Assembly: GCA_905479205.1 (NCBI GenBank)
Contig: CAJQLP010000065.1
Location: 1 to 47,295 of the forward strand
Source: an uncultured Luminiphilus sp.
Lineage (GTDB): Bacteria > Pseudomonadota > Gammaproteobacteria > Pseudomonadales > Halieaceae
Direction: 5' to 3'
Length of the DNA: 47,295 nt
The number at the start of each line of letters is the position of its first letter. Positions within the stretch are counted from its first letter, which is position 1. Made by a program: the position numbers and the translations under genes. Below, one piece after another: positions 20,352 to 28,971 of this stretch. The notes beneath the pieces are model-generated. The model was not told the DNA's origin. It saw nothing but the letters and a program-made list of their open reading frames with translations, and did no database searches.

Positions 20352-21176
20352 ATGTCGCTGCTGAGTTTCGAAAAGAAATATCGGGTTCGAGGAGGAACAC
20401 TGCTTGGCGGTGACCTGTTCGATTTTTGGATCGGGCCGTTCTACGTCGGCTTTTTTGGCGTAACAACAGCTTTTTTCTCAATACTGGGAACCTTGCTGAT
20501 CATTTATGGCGCCTCTCTTGGTGACACCTGGAATATCTGGCAGATCAATATCGCGCCACCCGACCTCTCATATGGGCTGGGGCTTGCTCCACTCAAAGAG
20601 GGCGGGCTATGGCAAATCATTACCATGTGTGCGCTCGGGGCTTTCGGATCATGGATCCTAAGGCAAGCTGAAATTGCTCGTAAACTGGGCATGGGCATGC
20701 ACGTCCCGTTTGCATTTGGTGTTGCCGTTTTTGCCTACTTTACGCTCGTCGTCATACGTCCCGTATTAATGGGAGCCTGGGGACACGGATTCCCCTACGG
20801 CATTCTCAGCCACCTCGATTGGGTGTCTAACGTGGGCTACCAATATCTGCATTTCCACTACAACCCTGCGCACATGATCGCGGTGACGTTCTTCTTCACA
20901 AACGCGATGGCCCTGTCCATGCACGGCTCCCTCATTCTTATGGCCACCGACCCCAGAGACGGTGAACCCGTGAAAACAGGCGAGCATGAAAATACATTTT
21001 TCCGCGATGACATCGGCTACTCCATCGGCGCCTTGGGTATCCACCGCTTGGGTCTATTCCTAGCTTTGAGTGCCGGCTTCTGGAGCGCTGTCTGTATCGT
21101 CTTGAGCGGCCCCTTCTGGACTAGAGGATGGCCGGAATGGTGGAACTGGTGGCTTGAATTGCCCATCTGGAATTAA
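20352..21176 (+). CDS. pufL: Reaction centre L subunit
   Basis: [45 protein letters not shown]; RBS GAAGGGG. Confidence 0.99.
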   Translation: MSLLSFEKKYRVRGGTLLGGDLFDFWIGPFYVGFFGVTTAFFSILGTLLIIYGASLGDTWNIWQINIAPPDLSYGLGLAPLKEGGLWQIITMCALGAFGSWILRQAEIARKLGMGMHVPFAFGVAVFAYFTLVVIRPVLMGAWGHGFPYGILSHLDWVSNVGYQYLHFHYNPAHMIAVTFFFTNAMALSMHGSLILMATDPRDGEPVKTGEHENTFFRDDIGYSIGALGIHRLGLFLALSAGFWSAVCIVLSGPFWTRGWPEWWNWWLELPIWN

Positions 21177-21190
21177 GAGGGAGCTGACCC

Positions 21191-22165
21191 ATGATCGAAT
21201 ATCAAAATATCTTTACACAAGTGCAGGTCGACGCCCCAGACTATCCGGGTGTCCCTATCGGCCGGGATGAATACAATCGCGTAGGCGGAATAACCCACTC
21301 ATGGCTCGCTGGAAAACTCGGTGACGCTCAAATTGGCCCAATCTATTTAGGTCCGTTTGGTGTGCTCTCGATAATCTTTGGCTTCATGGCATTTGAAATT
21401 ATTGGCCTCAACATGTGGGCCTCAGTCAACTGGGATCCAATAGAGTTTATTCGACAGCTACCTTGGCTGGCTCTCGAACCACCTCCCCCCCAGTATGGCT
21501 TGAGCATACCGCCTTTGAATGATGGTGGTTGGTGGCTACTCGCCGGTTTCTTCCTCACCGCATCAATTCTACTTTGGTGGTGGCGAACGTTTACATTGTC
21601 GCAACGCCTAGGTATGAGTAACTACCTTGCCTGGGCTTTTGGGGCAGCTATTTGGCTCTACCTGGTCCTCGGCTTCTTCCGTCCTATTTTAATGGGCAGC
21701 TGGAGCGAAGCGGTACCATTCGGGCTGTTCCCGCACCTTGATTGGACGGCGGCCTTCTCATTGCGGTACGGAAACCTCTTCTACAATCCCTTCCATATGC
21801 TGTCCATTGCGTTTCTGTATGGCTCCGCGATTCTATTCGCGATGCACGGCGCCACCATTCTTGCGGTTAGCCGCTACGGTGGCGATCGAGAGATCGACCA
21901 AGTCACCGACATCGGGACTGCGGGCGAACGCTCAATGCTTTATTGGCGCTGGGTTATGGGCTTCAACGCCTCAATGGAATCTATTCACCGCTGGGCATGG
22001 TGGTTCGCTGTTCTCACAGTGATCACAGGCGGAATCGGTATTTTGCTTACCGGGACAGTCGTAGAAAACTGGTACCTGTGGGGTGTTAAACACGGTATCG
22101 CTCCCGCTTATCCTGCGATCGAGGCGACACCGGTAATGGACCCACTCATGACGGAGGCTCAGTAA
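21191..22165 (+). CDS. pufM: Reaction centre M subunit
   Basis: [41 protein letters not shown]. Confidence 0.99.
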   Translation: MIEYQNIFTQVQVDAPDYPGVPIGRDEYNRVGGITHSWLAGKLGDAQIGPIYLGPFGVLSIIFGFMAFEIIGLNMWASVNWDPIEFIRQLPWLALEPPPPQYGLSIPPLNDGGWWLLAGFFLTASILLWWWRTFTLSQRLGMSNYLAWAFGAAIWLYLVLGFFRPILMGSWSEAVPFGLFPHLDWTAAFSLRYGNLFYNPFHMLSIAFLYGSAILFAMHGATILAVSRYGGDREIDQVTDIGTAGERSMLYWRWVMGFNASMESIHRWAWWFAVLTVITGGIGILLTGTVVENWYLWGVKHGIAPAYPAIEATPVMDPLMTEAQ

Positions 22166-23205
22166 TGAATATCACTAAAACACTAAAAATAGCGGCCGTC
22201 GCTCTGTCGGGTGCCCTATTTCTAGCCGCATGTGACGCCCCGCCTCCAGAATCAGTCCAGCGGGGACCTGCTGGAACGGGGATGGTACTGATCTACAACG
22301 GCGATGATTTAGACAATGTTGTGGCAAATAACACCGTACCCGAGGCCCCACCGCAACTTCCCGCTGGCGGCCCGAAGGCCAGCGAAATCTATCAAAACGT
22401 TGAAGTATTAGGCGACTTGAGCATAGGCCAATTTACGCGTCTGATGACCTCTATTACTGAATGGGTGTCGCCAGAGGAAGGCTGTAATTACTGCCACGTT
22501 GCCGAAGGCTTTCACTTAGACACAAAGTACACGAAGAAAGTGGCGCGGGTCATGCTGGCGATGACCCAGCGGGCTAACCAAGATTATGGCGATCACGTAG
22601 GCAATGCAGGAGTAACGTGCTACACCTGCCACCGCGGGAAAAACATCCCCGAGTACGTTTGGACGACAGATCCGGGCGGTCCTCATGCAGCAGGCATTAC
22701 AACTGCAATGCAGAACATCGCCTCCGAAGCTGCGGGCAATACCTCGCTACCGTTTGACCCCTTCACGCCCTACTTCGAGCAAGCTCAATCAATTCGCGTC
22801 GCTGGTGATACTGCCTTACCCGAGGGCAACAATAGCTCGATCAAGCAAACGGAGTGGATCTACAGCTTGATGATGCACTTCTCAGACTCGCTGGGGGTCA
22901 ACTGCACTCACTGCCATAACACGCGTGCGTTCTCCGACTGGGAGCAAAGCTCTCCGGAGCGCGTGAAAGCATGGCACGGTATCCAAATGGTTAGAGAAAT
23001 GAATACGCAATTCATTAACCGCACAACTGACTGGCTACCTGAGCACCGTAAGGGACCACTCGGTGACCCGCTGAAAGTGAACTGCGGTACCTGTCACCAA
23101 GGTGCTTATCAGCCACTTCTCGGTGCCAACATGATAAATGATTACCCAACACTGAAAACCTACAACGAAGCCACGAAAGCGGCCTACGTAGATGATGCTG
23201 AGTAA
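22165..23205 (+). CDS. pufC: RC-bound tetraheme cytochrome c (lipoprotein)
   Basis: Four CxxCH motifs (CNYCH, CYTCH, CTHCH, CGTCH); lipobox LAAC at residue 23. Confidence 0.98.
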   Translation: MNITKTLKIAAVALSGALFLAACDAPPPESVQRGPAGTGMVLIYNGDDLDNVVANNTVPEAPPQLPAGGPKASEIYQNVEVLGDLSIGQFTRLMTSITEWVSPEEGCNYCHVAEGFHLDTKYTKKVARVMLAMTQRANQDYGDHVGNAGVTCYTCHRGKNIPEYVWTTDPGGPHAAGITTAMQNIASEAAGNTSLPFDPFTPYFEQAQSIRVAGDTALPEGNNSSIKQTEWIYSLMMHFSDSLGVNCTHCHNTRAFSDWEQSSPERVKAWHGIQMVREMNTQFINRTTDWLPEHRKGPLGDPLKVNCGTCHQGAYQPLLGANMINDYPTLKTYNEATKAAYVDDAE

Positions 23206-23219
23206 TCGCCAGAACTCTT

Positions 23220-23347
23220 CCGTTCAGAACGCTGCGGCGTTCCTGAACGGTACACAAATCTCCGTAATATCGGCTACCGCCGATGATTGCTGGGATCAGG
23301 GCGTAAGAAAGCAATTTTTTATGCTCTGCCTAACCGTCGCACCGACG
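23220..23347 (+). other. Array of RNA hairpins in the pufC-pufB spacer
   Basis: Stems at 23220-23250, 23269-23284, 23297-23328 (14 bp, three G-U pairs, GCAA loop) and 23335-23347. Confidence 0.7.
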
Positions 23348-23397
23348 CCCTCGGGCATCACTGCGGCATTCGCTTAAACGACATGGGAGGTAACACC

Positions 23398-23544
23398 ATG
23401 AGTGATCAAGGCGGAAGCTCATCAGGGCTGACAAGCAATGAAGCCAAGGAATTCCACAGTGCCTATATGCAAGGATTCTTGGGTTTTGCGGCAATCGCAG
23501 TGGTAGCTCATATCCTCGTCTGGATGTGGCGGCCCTGGTTCTAA
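23398..23544 (+). CDS. pufB: LH1 beta polypeptide
   Basis: SGLT..EAKEFH...[15 protein letters not shown]; GGAGG RBS before ATG 23398. Confidence 0.97.
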   Translation: MSDQGGSSSGLTSNEAKEFHSAYMQGFLGFAAIAVVAHILVWMWRPWF

Positions 23545-23616
23545 GAACCTAGCCAATCATTGTAAACCCGGTGTTTTGGCACAAATGCAAAACACTACAT
23601 TATTAGGAGTAGCACT

Positions 23617-23808
23617 ATGCATCGTATGTGGATGATCTTTGATCCTAGACGTGTACTTGTGGCTAATGCAGCATTCCTGTTTGTTTTGGCGCTGTTTATC
23701 CACTTCGTACTGCTAAGCTCGGCAACTTATAACTGGATTGATGGCCCCAACGCAGCAGCGTCTGCACAGGTAAGTCACAACTCAGCTCTGCCAGCCTCAC
23801 GCAAGTGA
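23617..23808 (+). CDS. pufA: LH1 alpha polypeptide
   Basis: [13 protein letters not shown]...[15 protein letters not shown]; AGGAG RBS. Confidence 0.97.
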   Translation: MHRMWMIFDPRRVLVANAAFLFVLALFIHFVLLSSATYNWIDGPNAAASAQVSHNSALPASRK

Positions 23809-23818
23809 AGCACTGCAC

Positions 23819-23850
23819 GCCTGCTAGCTGTTTTTAGCAGGCTTGTTTTT
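23819..23850 (+). terminator. Intrinsic terminator after pufA
   Basis: GCCTGCTA-loop-TAGCAGGC followed by TTGTTTTT. Confidence 0.75.
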
Positions 23851-23854
23851 CCAC

Positions 23855-23981
23855 GACCTGTCGGTGCACTTCCGCCGATGCCAGCCACAACTCGATACTT
23901 CGGACGTCACCCCCGACGCCGAATGCCATTCACAGGCTCAGTTGGAGTTGGCTATCCCTGCTCGGGACAGGTCTTTTTTTT
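23855..23981 (+). ncRNA. Candidate structured RNA (sRNA or attenuator) between pufA and idi
   Basis: Closing stem GACCTGTC/GACAGGTC with nested stems, followed by an 8-T run. Confidence 0.35.
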
Positions 23982-23994
23982 GGATTCTCCCGCA

Positions 23995-24594
23995 ATGAAT
24001 CATCACGCCAACGTCTTTACACCTGTTTCCAGTGACTCCGAGCGGCTCATCTTGGTGGATAGCTCGGATCAAGCGCTAGGCACCATATCTAAAGTCGATG
24101 CTCACAAAGGCAATGGCGAGCTGCACCGCGCTTTTTCTATCTTTCTTTTCGCCGGCGAGTCCCACGTTCTTCTTCAAAAACGCGCCATGAAAAAGCTCCT
24201 GTGGCCGGGCTTTTGGACCAATAGCTGTTGCAGTCATCCTCGCGAGGGCGAGACCTATGCGCACGCGACGGAACGCCGTTTAGAGCAAGAATTGGGCATC
24301 GTCGACTGCCCTCTCCACTACATCTATACCTTTGAATACAGCGCCCGCTATCAGGATCTCGGCAGCGAGCATGAACTATGCTCAGTTTACATAGCGACCG
24401 TTAGTCAAAGTATCGAGGTATCACCGCACCCCGATGAAGTCATGGACTGGCAGTGGTTTAGCTGCGAAGAAATAGACGAACGCGTAGCGAATCACCCTGA
24501 CTCACTAACACCTTGGTTTGTATTGGAGTGGCGGGAGCTTCGTGGCAAACAATGGCCTCGAGTAAGAAGCCACATCTCCCAATTGGCTAGTTAG
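23995..24594 (+). CDS. idi: Isopentenyl-diphosphate delta-isomerase type 1
   Basis: HRAFSIFLF, LLQKRA..K..WPG.WTNSCCSHP, EHELC, FTPW-like LTPWF; probable ATG at 23995. Confidence 0.95.
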   Translation: MNHHANVFTPVSSDSERLILVDSSDQALGTISKVDAHKGNGELHRAFSIFLFAGESHVLLQKRAMKKLLWPGFWTNSCCSHPREGETYAHATERRLEQELGIVDCPLHYIYTFEYSARYQDLGSEHELCSVYIATVSQSIEVSPHPDEVMDWQWFSCEEIDERVANHPDSLTPWFVLEWRELRGKQWPRVRSHISQLAS

Positions 24595-25912
24595 CCCCAA
24601 GCCGTTGATTACGGTCCCACTCGTGGACCTGGCTGAAGAAAGCTCGACCAAAAGGAGTAAGTGAAAGCCGACCGGCGTCAGCCTCGATAACGCCCGATTC
24701 TTTAAGGTCGCTAACTATCGCTGAATCCATTACTGCGGGCGCCTCCGCATTCAGATTTGCGGACAAGCACGTTAGTATTTCGCGCTCTTTAGCCTTCAGT
24801 GTATTCAGCTCCACACCTTTGCCGACGGCCGGTAAGCCCGCTGTTACTAACGCAGACCAGGCTCGTAGGTCTTCGTGATTTTGTGCAATCAAACCAGGTA
24901 GCTCTGTGACAGCCCCTAAGCCGAAACCTAATACAGAGAAGGCACGCTCCGTGGTGTAGCCTATCCAGTTTCTATAAAGCCGCCCTTCAGCTTGGGCTTC
25001 ACACCATGCATCGCCCGGCAAGGCAAAGCCAGAAACACCCACCCACTCGTAACCGCACAGTTCGAATACATCGAGCATGCTCACAAACATCGAGAGCTTA
25101 GCCGCTTGGCTCAATGGCTTAGGTTGGTCGCTTATATGATGCTCGTCATTTTCCGCAAAGCTAGTTTGTGCTGCGTGGCACAAAATCCGATCGGGCTTAA
25201 GTTCTAATAAACACTCGAGCTCTTCCAGCACGTCATCGTGCGAAGTATTACGAGCGCCGTAGGTTATATCGACTGCAATGCCTTTGAACCCAAGTGTCCG
25301 CGCAGTGCTGAAAACGTCGTGTAGCAAATCCGGCGAGCATGAGCGACCAATACCCGCATCGCGGGCACTTAAGAATTCACGCAACTCAATTTGTAGATGG
25401 GTAAAGCCCAAGCCCCGCAGAAGGCTCAGCTGTGCGTAACTTGCCCGACTTGGATCGATTTCAATCGTTCGCTCTGCTCCATCAGCAACATCGAAGTGCG
25501 CGTCGATGGTTTCAGCTAAACGGATCAGCTGACTGTTGCTGAGATAGTTTGGCGTACCACCGCCGATGTAGAGCTGAGAAACACGCCGACCGACACCAAT
25601 ATTCTTGGTAACTGTGGAAATTTCAGCGTGCAATAACTCTAGATAGCTATCAATTGGCGGGTCGCTGTGCGTAATTTCCGCAACACGGGTAGATTGGGTG
25701 CCACGAACAGGACAAAACGGTAGATGGAGGTAAAGCGGCACACCCTCGTCAACTTTGGAAGCGCGTGCCCAGTCGTGCATAGCGCGCCAATAGCGCTCTA
25801 CGCTCACATCCGCCGCTTCGCCATCGAACGATACTCGACGCGCCTTAGAAAATGCTGCATCAGCTATTTCGCTATGACCGCTTAGAGCTTTACTGTCAAA
25901 TTTTTTCGCCAC
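24587..25912 (-). CDS. HemN-family protein with degenerate radical-SAM motif
   Basis: LYLHLPFC, IGGGTPNYL, IEIDP, RNWIGYT match HemN; CxxxCxxC reads CPVRGTQS. Confidence 0.85.
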   Translation of the reverse strand: MAKKFDSKALSGHSEIADAAFSKARRVSFDGEAADVSVERYWRAMHDWARASKVDEGVPLYLHLPFCPVRGTQSTRVAEITHSDPPIDSYLELLHAEISTVTKNIGVGRRVSQLYIGGGTPNYLSNSQLIRLAETIDAHFDVADGAERTIEIDPSRASYAQLSLLRGLGFTHLQIELREFLSARDAGIGRSCSPDLLHDVFSTARTLGFKGIAVDITYGARNTSHDDVLEELECLLELKPDRILCHAAQTSFAENDEHHISDQPKPLSQAAKLSMFVSMLDVFELCGYEWVGVSGFALPGDAWCEAQAEGRLYRNWIGYTTERAFSVLGFGLGAVTELPGLIAQNHEDLRAWSALVTAGLPAVGKGVELNTLKAKEREILTCLSANLNAEAPAVMDSAIVSDLKESGVIEADAGRLSLTPFGRAFFSQVHEWDRNQRLGAN

Positions 25913-25976
25913 GCCACTCGTCTCCGTTTATTGAGTCAACCGAGCTCACCAGGCAAACCGGAACCGAAACGTGTAC

Positions 25977-25990
25977 TTGATTCCTTTCAA
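25977..25990. promoter_or_regulatory. FNR/Anr-type box upstream of the hemN-like gene
   Basis: TTGAT-TCCT-TTCAA, one mismatch to TTGAT-N4-ATCAA, about 65 bp upstream of the start. Confidence 0.6.
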
Positions 25991-26192
25991 AGCAACGTGT
26001 CGTAAAATATCCGCCAGTCAGTACGATCAGAGAACCGTCCAGCCTCTGTCCAAATTCAATGTAGTCCCTCGTGATGCTACGGTCAAACAAAGCCTTAGAC
26101 CGCTTCCTTCTTAGAATGGACCTATTACAACTAAATCGTTTGCGAGTCTGCGTTATTGCTAATTGCAATACCATTTTGCACGCCTTTCGGAA

Positions 26193-27047
26193 TTAGCGAG
26201 GTTTTCCAGCAACGACTACGCCGGGCGCGGTCGTCGTGGCAAGAGACGCTTCACAATGCTCTTCAGGTGCTGCCCAACCCCATAGACGCCCTTCTCGCAG
26301 CGGGAGCATCAAGAAAACGTGCTCAAGCGCACCCAGCGCAAGCAGTGTTGCGACCAAGGTCAATCCTATTTGGGTGCCGATTGCGGACGCACCGAGTGAT
26401 AGATAAAACACCCAAGCGGCAACAAAGGTAGCAACACCCAGCGAGAGCGGAAACAGTGGGTTCATTGATCTTCGTTGAATATAGCTATCGATATACTGCA
26501 AATCATCGGGCAGCCAATCTCGGTTGTAGTTGCGCACGCCTAAAACGAGATTAAGTTTCGCACTCCAACGCATAGCCCAAAGCGTGGCGTATGTCCAAAA
26601 CATCACTGACATCCCGCCGCCATCGGCGAGGACGAAAATAAGTGCGCCCGTAAGAACAACACCAAGCTCATGGTAAATGCAGGTACCCAAGCCACGCCGA
26701 ATTCGCTCGGCTAGATCGACATTCGCAGGGCAAGGCTCTTTGTGCATGCCTGCGATGATATTCATGAGATAACCCAGCTCAAGCCAGCCCCACAAGACAA
26801 TGGCGAGGGTAAAGCTCATAACGGTTCCAGTGACAGACTCCAGCGCGCTTACGCTCGGGGTAATCGCGAGAGCCATTAAGAAGATAAGAGTGGCTAGCCC
26901 AAAGACCCGTGAGTGAAGCGGCTTCGGCAGGTGAACGCTCCAAAGAATGAGCCCAGTGAAAAACCACCAGCCAGTGACGGCAACCCCAATCGCCATCCAG
27001 AACTCAAACACAAGAAACCCCGGCGCAGGTAATGATGAGGTCAACAT
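26193..27047 (-). CDS. puhE: Photosynthetic complex assembly protein PuhE
   Basis: WWFFTGLIL, WGWLELGYL, MRWSAKLNLVLGV, LGALEHVFL.LP. Confidence 0.92.
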   Translation of the reverse strand: MLTSSLPAPGFLVFEFWMAIGVAVTGWWFFTGLILWSVHLPKPLHSRVFGLATLIFLMALAITPSVSALESVTGTVMSFTLAIVLWGWLELGYLMNIIAGMHKEPCPANVDLAERIRRGLGTCIYHELGVVLTGALIFVLADGGGMSVMFWTYATLWAMRWSAKLNLVLGVRNYNRDWLPDDLQYIDSYIQRRSMNPLFPLSLGVATFVAAWVFYLSLGASAIGTQIGLTLVATLLALGALEHVFLMLPLREGRLWGWAAPEEHCEASLATTTAPGVVVAGKPR

Positions 27048-27064
27048 GACGCTCTGTCGTGTAA

Positions 27065-27544
27065 TTACTGTTCATCAAGGAGCTGACTAAAGGCGCGAAA
27101 ATTTGTTGCTCCAAAAGCGACAAGATCAACCGATTCATGGGTTTCAGCATCAGACAAGATCATACGACCGTCTTCATGCAGTGCGAGGTCAAAAGCATTC
27201 GCTTGCGTTAAGCCACGTGCGTTGCGCGCGCGCACTAAGCTACGCAGTACACCCCGAACAAAACTGCCATCGCCACTCGCGAAAACATGGACTAATGTGC
27301 CCGAATTGACGTCGATCACATGGACGCTACCGTCAACCTCATCAGTAAACTGAAGGTTTTTTTGGGCCACTACTGCACCCTGCGGCGCAGGTGCGACAAC
27401 AATCGTATCGGTTTGCTTTGCTAGACTCACAAAACCGACGACAAAGAGTAGGCCCGCCATAATGACAAACATGAGGCGGTCATCGACACGCCTCACAAAG
27501 CCCGCTGATGATCTGCCATCAGCTATTGGGGATGGGGTTCCCAT
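27065..27544 (-). CDS. puhC: Photosynthetic complex assembly protein PuhC
   Basis: One TM helix, L.F.D..DGSV.V, GSFVRGVLRSLVRAR, DL.AFG.TN; GAGG RBS before ATG 27544. Confidence 0.9.
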   Translation of the reverse strand: MGTPSPIADGRSSAGFVRRVDDRLMFVIMAGLLFVVGFVSLAKQTDTIVVAPAPQGAVVAQKNLQFTDEVDGSVHVIDVNSGTLVHVFASGDGSFVRGVLRSLVRARNARGLTQANAFDLALHEDGRMILSDAETHESVDLVAFGATNFRAFSQLLDEQ

Positions 27545-28187
27545 GGGTGCTGCCCTCACTGTCATCGTAAACATGGCTCGGCGCCACTCGGGGGGTATTG
27601 TCTTCTAACTTCAGCTCTGACATTACCCGACCAAGCGCCTCAACTAACGCCTCTGGCTGTTCTATCGCTCGCATGAGCGGTTGAACAGGCCTAAAGTGCC
27701 ATGGGCGAACATTTGGCCAAAGCAAGGTGTAAAACAGCTTACGAGTACCTGGCTTCAGGCTAAGCAACACATCACCCGTGCCGTCGCTGCAGTAACGAAT
27801 GCCCGCAGACTCCATACCATCAAGAGGCAAATTCACCATCATGGGTGTAACAACACCAGAGCGGATCACAATTCGACGATTAGTCAATGTGTAGACCGCC
27901 CCGCGAGCATATAGCCAGCCCGCAATCGCCATCAGGCCCACGCCCGTTAGCGAAAGTGGAACTTGCCAAGTCATCGCAATCAAGATGTCGCCCGCAGCTT
28001 GGCCATTCATCAGCAGATACACTGCATGCACTGCAATAACGAGCGCAAAGTAGATGGCTATGGTATCAACATGGAATGCTCGGCGGGCTAATGCCTGCCA
28101 GCGCGGCGCGCCTTGCCACACCATATACTCGCCTTCAGGAAGCTCTTCCGGCAGTCCCTTAATGGGTTCGTACTCGTGCTCTCTCAT
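27519..28187 (-). CDS. puhB: Photosynthetic complex assembly protein PuhB
   Basis: EPIKGLPEELPEGE..WQGAP, YTLTNRRIV, LWPNVRPW. Confidence 0.93.
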   Translation of the reverse strand: MREHEYEPIKGLPEELPEGEYMVWQGAPRWQALARRAFHVDTIAIYFALVIAVHAVYLLMNGQAAGDILIAMTWQVPLSLTGVGLMAIAGWLYARGAVYTLTNRRIVIRSGVVTPMMVNLPLDGMESAGIRYCSDGTGDVLLSLKPGTRKLFYTLLWPNVRPWHFRPVQPLMRAIEQPEALVEALGRVMSELKLEDNTPRVAPSHVYDDSEGSTHGNPIPNS

Positions 28188-28948
28188 AGCACGGGCTCCA
28201 TTCGTTCAGGTAACGCGTACAAGGTCCCGCCACCGTAGAAGGCTGTAATCTTGTCCTCCTCTTGCAGCGTCACTTGATCCGGACTTGCCAATCGAGGCAC
28301 CTGCTTGAACTGATCACTGCGAATGGACTTAACTTGTACTGAGCCGTCCTTACTTACGCGCGCCATAGTCATAGGGAGTAACACCGTGTGTTCACCAACG
28401 TCTACCTCGGCATAGCGGAAAATAGGCTCAGCTCGATCGACCCAAAGATCCACCACTTTGCCGCCCACCCGACCATCGCATCCACGTACGTCCTGACCTC
28501 TTGGATCTGGATCACGACGGTTAACTTTATGATCATGATCTACGCGCAGTGGCACAATGCGTGGCTCACCATCGACGGTTAAATCGGGTCGCTCTGGACG
28601 GATCGCCCATGCTGCTGGACCAATACCATCAACCATAGGATCACCGAGGGGATGAATAGGATCGCCTGGAGAGCTTCCCGTCGCAACGGCATTTAGCGCA
28701 TAACCCTCAGCTGCCGGTCCGGGCAGAACCCGACTACCTTGACCATTGGCGAGTTCATACGTCTTCGGGGTAGGCATACCCGCATACCCTTCTACAAACT
28801 TTTCACCGCGACTATCAAGCTCCAGTGGCCAGCCTTCACGCTTACCTTCCCTGTGCAAATGTCGAACTAACACAAAAAAGAAAATCCAGAAGATATACAG
28901 CGCCAACTGGGCGACATCGATATATTCAGTTATTGCTCCTGTGCCCAT
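28184..28948 (-). CDS. puhA: Reaction centre H subunit
   Basis: GAITEYIDVAQLALY, REGKREGWPL, DPMVDGIGP, QVTLQEEDKI.A.YGGG. Confidence 0.97.
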   Translation of the reverse strand: MGTGAITEYIDVAQLALYIFWIFFFVLVRHLHREGKREGWPLELDSRGEKFVEGYAGMPTPKTYELANGQGSRVLPGPAAEGYALNAVATGSSPGDPIHPLGDPMVDGIGPAAWAIRPERPDLTVDGEPRIVPLRVDHDHKVNRRDPDPRGQDVRGCDGRVGGKVVDLWVDRAEPIFRYAEVDVGEHTVLLPMTMARVSKDGSVQVKSIRSDQFKQVPRLASPDQVTLQEEDKITAFYGGGTLYALPERMEPVL

Positions 28949-28971
28949 AATTAAGCCTCCTTAGTTACCCG

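Noticed and set aside
22165-23205. Triheme PufC variant
   Set aside because: All four CxxCH motifs and the Met/His ligand segments are present
23192-23397. 61-aa ORF 23192-23377 and the TTG extension of pufB from 23287
   Set aside because: They run through the hairpin array; pufB has a strong GGAGG RBS at ATG 23398
23617-23808. Ca2+-binding LH1 motif (WxxDxI) in PufA
   Set aside because: Sequence is WIDGPN; the Asp is out of register
23878-23994. N-terminal extension of idi
   Set aside because: Not IDI-like; it crosses a structured region and T8 run, and ATG 23995 gives a typical length
25896-26174. 92-aa minus-strand ORF between puhE and the hemN-like gene, as a possible puhD/bciE
   Set aside because: No recognisable BciE motif or clear RBS; it overlaps the FNR-like box and the hemN start, so it is probably promoter DNA
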